Assembly: GCA_963668095.1 (NCBI GenBank)
Contig: OY764083.1
Coordinates: forward strand, 1,131,709 to 1,195,708
Length of the DNA stretch: 64,000 bases
Source: Acidobacteriota bacterium
Lineage (GTDB): Bacteria > Acidobacteriota > UBA6911 > RPQK01 > JAJDTT01
Direction: 5' to 3'
Shown: positions 9,435 through 19,000 of the stretch, piece by piece
Position numbering within the stretch: position 1 is the first letter of the stretch
Layout: every line of letters begins with the position of its first letter
Notes under the pieces: model-generated
What the model saw: only the letters and a program-made list of their open reading frames with translations
What the model was told of the DNA's origin: nothing
Databases searched by the model: none
Made by a program: the position numbers and the translations under genes

Positions 9435-12134
9435 ATGGGAAGAATACGAACGATGATCCCCCTGCTGCTGATTCTGACGGTCTGGGGTGCCCTCGCCGGA
9501 GGGATCAGCCTCTATATCGACTATCTCTGGTTCGACGCCGTGGGGTACGTGGAAGTCTTCCAGACCACGCTCGCTTCCAAGTTCCTGTTCTGGCTGGCCG
9601 GATTCGCCGTCAGCTTTCTGATTCTGGGATCGAACCTTTACCTGGCCGCCCGGCGTCACCACGGCATCTACTGGATGAGTCCTGAGCTGCAGGCGACCGC
9701 CCGGAAGGGAACCCAATTCGTCTTCTGGGTCGCCATCCTGGTCCTGTCCGTTCTCATTGGAATGGTAGTCCAGAGCCAGTGGCTGACCTTTCTTCAGTTC
9801 TGGAACCAGGTGCCCACGGGATCGGTGGATCCGATCTTCTCCGAGGACATCTCGTTCTACATTTTCTCCCTCCCTGTCCTGAGCTTCCTGGTCCATCTGG
9901 GACTGGTTCTGATCGCTCTCTCCGTACTGGCGGCTGCCATCACCTACGTGACCCATGGGCACCTGGCCTACCTGCAACGCCTGCAACTGAGCCACGAGGC
10001 CCGAGTGCATCTGACCATTCTGGCCGTGGCCGGGTTCCTGCTTCTCGCCGGCCGTTTCTGGCTCAATTGCTACGAGATTCTCTACAGCCGGGAGGGGGTC
10101 ATATTCGGCGCCGGGTACACGGACGTTTACGCCCGGTTTCCCTGCACCATGATCCTGGCCGGCGTTTCGGTCCTGACCGCCATCGCCTTCGCCGTCTCCA
10201 TCTTCGGAAAGAACCTTCGAACAGCCGTCTATTCGGGAGTTTTCTTCGGGGCCGCGTATCTGGCCCTGAACTTCTACCCCATGGTGATTCAGACCTTCAT
10301 CGTGGAACCCAATGAGCTGCAGATGGAGACTCCCTATCTGGCGCACAACATCGGTCTGACCCGCAAGGCCTACAACCTGGACAAGATCGAAGTGCATGAC
10401 TTTGCCGGGACCGGCGACCTCTCCCGGGAGGAGATGGCCGCCAACGAGACCACCATCAGCAACATCCGGCTCTGGGGATGGCGACCCCTGATGGATTCCT
10501 ACAATCAGCTTCAATCGATCCGCTCCTACTACGAGTTCCAGGGGGTCGACCTGGACCGCTATGTCATCGACGGGAAATACCGGCAGGTGATGCTTTCGGC
10601 CCGGGAACTGGATTTCAGCAAGATCTCGGAGCAGGCCCAGACCTGGATCAACGAGTATTTCGTCTACACCCACGGTTACGGCCTCTGCCTGAGCCCGGTC
10701 AACGAGGTCACGCGGGAGGGACTTCCCGAGTTCTTCATCAAGGACATCCCGCCCCAGAGCAACGGGAGCTTTGAGATTACCCGTCCCGAGATCTACTTCG
10801 GCGAGAAGACCGACAATCCGGTCTTCGTCAAGACCACCCAGGAGGAGTTCGACTATCCCCTCGGCGACCAGAACGCCTTCACGACCTACCAGGCCGAGCG
10901 GGGACTCGGCATCGGCTCGTTCGTTCGAAAGCTTCTCTTCGCCTGGGAACTGAAGAACTACAAGATTCTTTTCGCCGACGACTTCACGTCCGAGAGCCGC
11001 GTGCTGTTGCACCGCCGCATCCAGGACCGGGTGCCCAAGATCGCACCGCCGGGCCTGGATTTCGATCCGGATCCCTATCTGGTGATCCACGAGGGCCGCC
11101 TCTTCTGGATTCAGGACGGCTACACTTCCACTAGCCGCTATCCCTATTCGGAGCCGACCCGTGGCGGGTTCAATTACATCCGAAACTCATTGAAGGTGGT
11201 GGTCGACGCCTATCTGGGAGACGTGACCTTCTACGTCTCAGACCCGGACGACCCCCTGATTCAGGTCTACTCCGCCATCTTTCCGTCCACTTTTCGGCCC
11301 CTGGAGACAATGCCCGAAGGTCTGCGGCTGCACCTGCGGTATCCCGAGGTCCTCTTCAACGTTCAGCGGGAGATGTTCCGCACCTATCACATGCGGGACA
11401 CCGGCGTCTTCTACAACAAGGAAGACATGTGGGACATCCCCACCGAGATCTACCGCGACCAGGAGCAGGTCATGGAGAGCTACTACGTGATCATGACCCT
11501 GCCCGGGTCTCAGGAGGAGGAATTCATCCTTCTCGTGCCCTACACGCCCCGCAACAAGAACAACATGATCTCCTGGTTGGCGGCCCGGTCGGACGGGGAA
11601 CACTACGGGACCCTGGTTCTCTACCAGTTTCCCAAGCAGGAACTGCGCTACGGACCTCTCCAAATCGAAGCCCGCATCGACCAGGACCCGACCATTTCCC
11701 CCCTTCTGACCCTCTGGAGTCAGCAAGGATCGGAGGTAATTCGCGGCAACCTTCTGGTGATTCCCATCGAGGGGACGCTGCTCTACGTCGAGCCTCTCTA
11801 CCTGCAGGCGGAAAAGAGCATGATCCCCGAGCTGACCCGGATCATTGTGGTGTTCGAGAACCGCGTGGCTCTCGGGGAGACGCTGGATGAAGCCCTGGCG
11901 GCCGCCATCTGGCCCGACGAGGCGCCCGGAGATTTCCGGGCGGAATCCGCCGAGGCATATCCCACGGGTGCGAAGGTCGAACCGGGACTCGACAGCCCGC
12001 TGATGGTCCGGGCTCTGCATCACTTCAATCAGAGCCAGAAATACCTGCGAGAGGGGAATTGGGGCGGCTACGGAGAGGAACAGGAACGTCTGAAACAGGT
12101 CCTGGAACAGTTGGTTCGGGAGTCCCGGAAGTAG
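9435..12134 (+). CDS. UPF0182 family membrane protein
   Basis: DYLWF, DPIF..DISFY, GAGYTD, PNEL..E.PYL..NI..TRKAY, NIRLW, YTHGYG, NYIRNS, LLYVEPLYLQ. Confidence 0.95.
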   Translation: MGRIRTMIPLLLILTVWGALAGGISLYIDYLWFDAVGYVEVFQTTLASKFLFWLAGFAVSFLILGSNLYLAARRHHGIYWMSPELQATARKGTQFVFWVAILVLSVLIGMVVQSQWLTFLQFWNQVPTGSVDPIFSEDISFYIFSLPVLSFLVHLGLVLIALSVLAAAITYVTHGHLAYLQRLQLSHEARVHLTILAVAGFLLLAGRFWLNCYEILYSREGVIFGAGYTDVYARFPCTMILAGVSVLTAIAFAVSIFGKNLRTAVYSGVFFGAAYLALNFYPMVIQTFIVEPNELQMETPYLAHNIGLTRKAYNLDKIEVHDFAGTGDLSREEMAANETTISNIRLWGWRPLMDSYNQLQSIRSYYEFQGVDLDRYVIDGKYRQVMLSARELDFSKISEQAQTWINEYFVYTHGYGLCLSPVNEVTREGLPEFFIKDIPPQSNGSFEITRPEIYFGEKTDNPVFVKTTQEEFDYPLGDQNAFTTYQAERGLGIGSFVRKLLFAWELKNYKILFADDFTSESRVLLHRRIQDRVPKIAPPGLDFDPDPYLVIHEGRLFWIQDGYTSTSRYPYSEPTRGGFNYIRNSLKVVVDAYLGDVTFYVSDPDDPLIQVYSAIFPSTFRPLETMPEGLRLHLRYPEVLFNVQREMFRTYHMRDTGVFYNKEDMWDIPTEIYRDQEQVMESYYVIMTLPGSQEEEFILLVPYTPRNKNNMISWLAARSDGEHYGTLVLYQFPKQELRYGPLQIEARIDQDPTISPLLTLWSQQGSEVIRGNLLVIPIEGTLLYVEPLYLQAEKSMIPELTRIIVVFENRVALGETLDEALAAAIWPDEAPGDFRAESAEAYPTGAKVEPGLDSPLMVRALHHFNQSQKYLREGNWGGYGEEQERLKQVLEQLVRESRK

Positions 12135-12159
12135 AGGCAGCCCTTGTGGGTTGCCCTAC
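12131..12159 (+). repeat. GTAG-type REP palindrome overlapping the stop codon
   Basis: GTAGAGGCAGCCC-TTGT-GGGTTGCCCTAC; related copy at 59081. Confidence 0.6.
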
Positions 12160-12242
12160 CCGGCCACCCGCGGGAAGACCACGCCCAATGAATCCCGCGA
12201 CTTCTTTCCGCCCGGCTGCGCCCTCTTGCGTCACCAAGCGAT

Positions 12243-12271
12243 TTGAAGTCGATGGCGCGCCCGCGTAAAAT
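12243..12271 (+). promoter_or_regulatory. Sigma70-type promoter for iscA-like gene
   Basis: TTGAAG-17 nt-TAAAAT, followed by AGGAGA RBS. Confidence 0.6.
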
Positions 12272-12294
12272 CACGAAGCAGGAGACAAATTCTC

Positions 12295-12618
12295 ATGATT
12301 AGTTTGACGAACAAGGCAGTGAATCAGGTCCAGAGGGTCATCTCGTCACAGGGCCAGCCGTTTGTCGGTGTCCGGGTGGCGGTGGTAGGAGGGGGCTGCT
12401 CCGGCTTCCAATACACCATGAACCTGGAGCGGCAGGGCCGCGAGGGCGATGACGTCGTGGAGATCGACGGCTTCAAGGTCTTCGTGGATCCTCAGAGCAT
12501 GCTCTACCTGGACGGGACCGAGATCGACTACATTGAGACGACTCAAGCCGCCGGGTTTCAATTCAAGAATCCCAACGTCAGCGGCTCCTGCGGCTGCGGC
12601 GAGTCTTTTCACGTCTGA
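12295..12618 (+). CDS. iscA: A-type Fe-S cluster carrier (IscA/ErpA/HesB family)
   Basis: GGGCSGFQY and NPN...CGCGESF. Confidence 0.93.
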   Translation: MISLTNKAVNQVQRVISSQGQPFVGVRVAVVGGGCSGFQYTMNLERQGREGDDVVEIDGFKVFVDPQSMLYLDGTEIDYIETTQAAGFQFKNPNVSGSCGCGESFHV

Positions 12619-12711
12619 ACCTGTTTCTGCTCCAGGCTTTTCGATCTGCCGTCCGTATTCTGCGACGCCGGTTCGGCCCTTCCTTGAGGCGCTTCCGTCC
12701 CAGGTTAGATA

Positions 12712-13734
12712 ATGAGCGGCATGGAGACGACCGACGTATTTCGCAGACCCATGAAGGATCTGCGGATCTCGGTGACGGACCGGTGCAACTACCGCTGCCG
12801 GTATTGCATGCCGCTGGACCAGTACGTCTGGATCGAGAAGCGGGAGTTGCTGACCTTCGAAGAGATCGTCCGCCTGGCCCGCCTGTTCGTCGATCTGGGC
12901 GTCAGAAGAATCCGGATTACTGGAGGCGAGCCCCTGGTCCGCCGCGATCTGGATCGTCTACTTCAGGATCTTTCGGGAATCGGGGGCTTGGAGGACCTGA
13001 GCCTCACCACCAACGGCTCATCCCTGGCCCAGTCCGTTTCCGCGCTGAAGCGGTCGGGGCTGCGCAGGATCAACGTCAGCCTGGACACGCTGGACCCGGA
13101 GAAGTTCAGGACCATCACCAAACGGGGCCGGCTGGACGACGTTCTGGAAGGGATCCTGGCGGCCCGGGATACGGGAATGGAGCCCATCAAGATCAACACC
13201 GTCGTGATCCGGGGCGTCAACGAAGATGAGATCCTGGACCTGGTGGAGTATTCGCGCGAGCACGGTCTCCAGGCCAGGTTCATCGAATACATGGACGTGG
13301 GAAACGCCAACGACTGGAGTCTCGAGCGGACCGTCACCAAGCAGGAGATCCTGGACCGGATCCAATCCCGTTACCCTCTGGAGGCCGTGGGACGGGAGGA
13401 GAGCCGCGCACCCGCCGTCAACTACCGCTTCCTGGACGGCGCCGGAGAGATCGGAATCATCGGGTCGGTGACCGAACCGTTCTGTTCCACCTGCAGCCGG
13501 GTCCGGCTGACGGCGGACGGAAAAATGGTCACCTGCCTCTTCGCCTCCGATGGCCACGACCTGAAAAGCCTCCTCCGAAGCGGTTGCTCCGATGTCGAGA
13601 TCCGTTCCTTCCTGGAGCAGATCTGGGCCGTGCGGGATGACCGGTTCTCCGATCGCCGCTGGCAGCGGATTCGCACCGACGGCTACCATCGGGAAGATCA
13701 TCGAAAGATCGAGATGATCACCCTCGGCGGGTAA
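12712..13734 (+). CDS. moaA: GTP 3',8-cyclase (Moco biosynthesis)
   Basis: LRISVTDRCNYRCRYCMP, TGGEPL, FCSTCSRVRLT...CLF, C-terminal GG. True start may be ATG 12721. Confidence 0.97.
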   Translation: MSGMETTDVFRRPMKDLRISVTDRCNYRCRYCMPLDQYVWIEKRELLTFEEIVRLARLFVDLGVRRIRITGGEPLVRRDLDRLLQDLSGIGGLEDLSLTTNGSSLAQSVSALKRSGLRRINVSLDTLDPEKFRTITKRGRLDDVLEGILAARDTGMEPIKINTVVIRGVNEDEILDLVEYSREHGLQARFIEYMDVGNANDWSLERTVTKQEILDRIQSRYPLEAVGREESRAPAVNYRFLDGAGEIGIIGSVTEPFCSTCSRVRLTADGKMVTCLFASDGHDLKSLLRSGCSDVEIRSFLEQIWAVRDDRFSDRRWQRIRTDGYHREDHRKIEMITLGG

Positions 13735-13807
13735 CGGCCCGTGCCGAGTCTTGGAGATTCGGTCAATTTGCCCCCGTTTCCTGGTCCGGTCCGAGAGCCG
13801 GGGTTTG

Positions 13808-13966
13808 CAGTCCGTGGTGAAAGTCGCGCGAGCACCGAGACGGTTCCTGCGCCCGCCGGACAAGGCGCTTCGGAGGGAGCATACCGGGAGTATGAGACCG
13901 AGTCGCAACGCATCCCTCCGGGATGCAGGGACAGTCGAATGCCGAGACGACTTTTGCGACGGGCTG
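13808..13966. mobile_element. Putative MITE-like element with imperfect terminal inverted repeats
   Basis: Left end CAGTCCGTGGTGAAAGTC versus reverse complement of right end CAGCCCGTCGCAAAAGTC (14/18 identical); internal hairpins CATAC-CGGGA-GTATG and GCATCCC-TCC-GGGATGC; no transposase. Confidence 0.5.
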
Positions 13967-14059
13967 TTAGACTGGCGTCACCCCCCGGAGAGATACTGTT
14001 GCCGTCCGGGGCGGACGGCGAATCCATAGTTTCGAAAACTCAGACATCACAGGGCAGAC

Positions 14060-15940
14060 ATGACAGCAAATCCAGATTCTCCTGTAGTCACTCCTGACCG
14101 AATCCGATCCCTCCAGGCGATGGCCAACCGTTTGCGGCGCCACTCCCTGGTCTCCACGACCGAGGCCGGTTCGGGACATCCGACATCCTGCTTTTCCTGT
14201 GCCGATCTGGTCTCCACCATCTTCTTTCAGTTCCTGCGGTTCGACCTCAATCGGCCGGATCATCCCGCGAATGACCGCTTCGTGCTTTCCAAGGGGCATG
14301 CCGCACCGGTCCTTTACGCGGCTTTGGCCGAGGGCGGGGCCTTCCCGGCCGAGAGACTGCTCACTCTGAGGCGGATTGACAGCGAGTTGGAGGGGCACCC
14401 CACTCCGCGAAGCCGCTGGGTCGACGTCGGCACCGGGTCCCTGGGCCAGGGACTGGCCATCGGGGTTGGCATGGCTCTGGCTCTCAGAAACAGTCCGTCG
14501 GGAAACCGGGTCTACGTCCTCATGGGCGACGGAGAGACGGCCGAAGGCGCAGTGTGGGAAGCGGCCGCCCTGGCTGGATTCTACGGACTGGACAATCTCA
14601 TCGGCGTGGTGGACGTGAACGGGTACGGCCAGAGCCAGGGCACGATGTACGGCCACGACGTGAACGGCTACTGCGACCGTTTTCGAGCCTTCGGCTGGCA
14701 CGCGGCGGCCGTGGACGGCCACGACGTGGAGGAGATCGCCGCCGCACTCCAGGACGCGTGCGACCAGACCGGAAAGCCGTCGGTCATCGTCGCCCGCACC
14801 CTCAAAGGCAAGGGGGTCTCGTTCATGGAGAACATGGACGGATGGCACGGAAAACCGATTCCCCGCGGAGCAGATCTGGAACGGGCGCTTGAGGAACTGG
14901 GTCCGGACGTGCCGGCGGACTCGACTCTCCGTGTGGCCCTTCCGGCCTCAAACGGGGATTCCGGGGGCTCGGACGCCGACGGGATCTCGAAAATGGAGCC
15001 TCCCGCCTACACCGATCAGGATCGGGTGGCGACCCGCGTCGCATACGGGACCGGCCTGCAGAAGCTGGGAAACGCCAACCCCCGGGTGGTAGCTCTGGAC
15101 GGCGACACCAAGAACTCCACCTACTCGCTGCGGTTCATGGAACGCCACCCCGACCGGTTCTTCGAGTGCTTCATCGCGGAGCAGGCCATGGTCGGCGCGG
15201 CAGTGGGAATGGGCGCCGTGGGCAAGATTCCATTTGCCTCCACCTTCGCCGCCTTCATGACCCGCGCCTACGACCTGATTCGGATGGCCGCCATCTCCCA
15301 GAGCAACCTCAAGCTCTGCGGATCCCATGCCGGCGTCTCCATCGGTGAGGACGGCCCCTCTCAGATGGGTCTGGAGGATCTGGCCATGATGCGGGCCATT
15401 CAAGGATCCACGGTCCTCTATCCCAGCGACGCCGTCGCCGCCGAGCGCCTGGTCGAGGTGGCGTCCCGGACTCCGGGCATCGTCTATATCCGGACCACCC
15501 GTCCCAAGACCGCCTGCCTCTACGACGCGACGGAGACCTTCGTCCGTGGCGGGTCCAAGACCGTTCGAACAAGTCCTTCGGACCAAGCCACGGTGGTGGC
15601 CGCCGGAATCACCCTTCATGAAGCCCTCAAGGCGCACGAGCAGTTGCAGGATGAGGGCATCGACATCCGGGTTATCGATCTCTACTCGGTCAAGCCGGTC
15701 GATGCCGAGACACTGACGCGAGCGGCACGGGAGACCGGCGCCATCGTCACCGTTGAGGACCACTACGCCGACGGAGGCCTGGGAGATGCCGTCGTGGACG
15801 CGCTGGCGGGACAGCAGTTCCGCTACCGGAAGCTGGCCGTGACCGACCTGCCCCGATCCGGGCCCTCAGCCGAACTGATGGACAACCACGGCATCGGCGC
15901 CCGCGCCATCGTCGAGGCGGTGCGGGAGCTGGTTTCGTAG
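14060..15940 (+). CDS. tkt: Transketolase
   Basis: SGHPTS, LSKGHA, EGHPTP, TGSLGQG, TPP motif GDGETAEG...N, FIAEQ, SIGEDGPSQMGLED. Confidence 0.93.
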   Translation: MTANPDSPVVTPDRIRSLQAMANRLRRHSLVSTTEAGSGHPTSCFSCADLVSTIFFQFLRFDLNRPDHPANDRFVLSKGHAAPVLYAALAEGGAFPAERLLTLRRIDSELEGHPTPRSRWVDVGTGSLGQGLAIGVGMALALRNSPSGNRVYVLMGDGETAEGAVWEAAALAGFYGLDNLIGVVDVNGYGQSQGTMYGHDVNGYCDRFRAFGWHAAAVDGHDVEEIAAALQDACDQTGKPSVIVARTLKGKGVSFMENMDGWHGKPIPRGADLERALEELGPDVPADSTLRVALPASNGDSGGSDADGISKMEPPAYTDQDRVATRVAYGTGLQKLGNANPRVVALDGDTKNSTYSLRFMERHPDRFFECFIAEQAMVGAAVGMGAVGKIPFASTFAAFMTRAYDLIRMAAISQSNLKLCGSHAGVSIGEDGPSQMGLEDLAMMRAIQGSTVLYPSDAVAAERLVEVASRTPGIVYIRTTRPKTACLYDATETFVRGGSKTVRTSPSDQATVVAAGITLHEALKAHEQLQDEGIDIRVIDLYSVKPVDAETLTRAARETGAIVTVEDHYADGGLGDAVVDALAGQQFRYRKLAVTDLPRSGPSAELMDNHGIGARAIVEAVRELVS

Positions 15941-16031
15941 CTGTTCGTTGAGACCCTATGAATTTTTGGATTTCCCGGCGGCGGTTCGCCTATTGTAGAG
16001 ACCTACCAATGGTGCGTGTTTCCGCCGGACG

Positions 16032-19000
16032 ATGAGTGCTTCCACCTCTGTCGCAACGCAACTCGACCAGTCTCGTCGGGACCTTCTTGATCTCACGCTT
16101 CGCAATCCCCTTCTGAACTTTCGACCGTCCAAGACGCGCGGACTGACCATCACCGGCGAGGTCCCACGGGAAATCTTCAGAATCATCGCCCGGGATAGAC
16201 GTCCGATGTATTTTCTGCCGACGAGTTCGGGTGGGGAATACGAGTCCCTTGAAGGGGAGATTCCCGGGAATCTGCTGTCCTCGATCGCTGAATACGAGGA
16301 CCCTTCCGCTGAGGTCGCGGCTCATCACGTCGACAACCAGCTCCAGACACCCTACTCGGCAACTCAGTTGGAAATCCGGCTCAAAAACACATTCAGGGCG
16401 GCTCACACTTCCATCGAAGAGCAGGGTGTCAACATCCTCTTTCTCGCTCTGGGCACCCTCAACTGGTACGAATCCGAATCGAGCGAATTACTCCGCATGG
16501 CTCCTCTGATCCTGGTTCCGGTGGACCTTACGCGCACCAGCATCCGGGCACGTTATCGGCTCGTCTACATGGGAGAAGAGATCGGGGCCAATCTCTCCCT
16601 GGAAGCGAAGCTGAAAGCAGATTTCAATATCCGGCTGCCGGAACTTCCCGATGTGGAAGACCTGCACGTCAACGACTATTTCCAAGAGGTCCGCGCTGCG
16701 ATTGCAGGAAAGGAGAGGTGGGCGGTTGAAGCCAACGCCATCTTCCTGGGCTTTTTCTCCTTCAGCAAATTGCTCATCTACAAGGATTTGGACCCGATAT
16801 CGTGGCCAGATGACGAGCCACCGTCGGATCATCCTGTCATCGAAGCCCTTCTCAGCCGCGACGGCTTTCGAAATGGCGCGCCGGACGACATGGAAGAAGA
16901 CGGTCTCGACTCCCGTTTGACCGCCCAGGATGCCCACCAGATCCTCGATTCCGACAGTTCACAGACCCTTGCCGTCATTGATGCCATGAAGGGCCTCAAC
17001 CTGGTCATCCAGGGCCCGCCCGGAACCGGGAAGTCGCAGACCATTACCAATTTGATCGCCGAAGCGATCGCCCAGGACAAGAAAGTGTTGTTCGTCGCCG
17101 AGAAGATGGCGGCTCTCGAAGTCGTGAAGCGAAGACTCGACAGCGTTCACATCGGGGACGCCTGCCTCGAACTGCACAGCCATACCGCCAACAAGAAGGC
17201 CGTCGTCGATGAACTGAGGCGCACACTGCACTTGGGGAAACCTCAGATCAAGGATGTGACCGAAGACCGGCTGCTGATGGACAGGCGGAGAAAACGGCTC
17301 GACGAGTATGCGACCGCCGTCAATACACCCATTGGACAAAGCGGCTTCACTCCCCACGAAGTCATCGGAAGACTGGCCCGGTTCGAGGAATTGGATGCCG
17401 CCACCGAATGGCCACTTCTCTCCGGCGGTGTCGTTGCCTCTTTTGGACGGCGCGATTTCCTGAAGTTCCGGGAGTGGGTGTCCGAGCTTCAGGAGTTGGT
17501 GCAAACCATCGGCAAGCCCCGAGAGCACATTTTCTGGGAAAGTACTCGGACATCGTACCTGCCGACGGACCGACTGAGGATCTTGACGGCACTCCGGAAC
17601 GCCGCCGATGCGCTCTGCAAGCTCCGTGGATCGGTCGCGACCCTACAGAAATCCGTCCGATTGGACGATCCGGATTTGGACCTGGAGAAGGTAGCAAGAC
17701 TGACCCGCACGGTGTTGCATGCCACCGAACGTCCGGACCTCAGATACGTCGACCACCGTCATCCGGATTGGAAATTTCAGCATGACGAGATCAAGCAAAC
17801 TGCCCGGGTATTACTTGAGTACTCCGAGATTCGCTCCCGGTACGAGTCCATCCTGATTTTCGAAGCCTGGGACCAGAACGTCTTGAGCTACCGTCGGACT
17901 CTGATGGAGTATGGCGACAAGTGGTGGCGGTTTCTCTCCGGCAAGTACCGCGCCGCCCGTACTGGATTGTACGGCCTCTGCCGGAGCGATCCCCCTTCCG
18001 AAGGATCGGCTCAGTTGAAAATCGTCGAGGCGATTCTCCGCGAGCAGCGCCTTAGCAGACAGATCGAGGACTCAAGCCTTCTCCCCAGTCTCTTTCCCGG
18101 ATTGAGGCTGGATCGGAATTCCGCAAAGAATCGTCAACTCAGCGAATTGATGAACTGGCTTCTCGTTCTCTACCGGAAGAAAGCCGGGAACGGCGTCGAT
18201 GAACGCATCCATGAACTGCTCGACCGTGATTTGGACTGCGAAGAACTGAAACGCTTGGTTGAGATTTGCAGCAGTGACGCGGGAAGAATCTCTGTCGCGC
18301 TGGAAGCCGTAGCCGAGATTTTGGAGTTGAATATCTCACGCTCCCGCACGGGAACCGGACTGGCCGATCGCCGATTCTCCGATCTGGAGATCTGGCTCGA
18401 TTACGCTCAGAATCAAGTCAACTCACTCCACGAAATAGTCCGTTTCAACAGCATCGAGAAGCGACTGGTCGACTCCGGTCTACAGAGAATGATCGATACC
18501 GCCGTTTCCTGGAAACACGCTGGAGTTCATCTGGTCGATCTGCTCGAGCGAAGCTGGTTGGTCGTGCTGATTGAGGCCGCCCTTCGAGAACGTCCGGTAT
18601 TGAGAGAATTCGACGGAGGCATGCATCAGAAATTCATCGAAGAGTTCTGCAAGCTGGACACCGATTTTTTTCAGCACAATCGGGCTCTCGTAGCGCAGGC
18701 GCATTGGGAACGGCTTCCTCGTCATCATGGCGGCGGGCAACTCGGTGTCCTGAAGCGCGAATTCGAGAAAAAGAGAAGGCATCTCCCCCTGCGGCGACTC
18801 ATGGCCAAAGCGGGAAACGCGATCCAACAGGTCAAACCGATCTTCATGATGAGTCCGCTCTCGGTGGCCAAATTCATTCCGCCGGAATCGGTTCGGTTCG
18901 ATCTCGTCATCTTCGACGAGGCCAGTCAGGTCAAGCCAGTTGAAGCCATGGGCGCCATCCGCCGCGGCCGGCATTCGATCGTCGTGGGGGACAGCAAGCA

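Noticed and set aside
8913-11090. Long antisense or alternative-frame ORFs (also 24465-26942, 34138-36144, 46052-48478, 59014-60954)
   Set aside because: Shadow ORFs of well-supported genes, expected from high GC3; no recognisable motifs.
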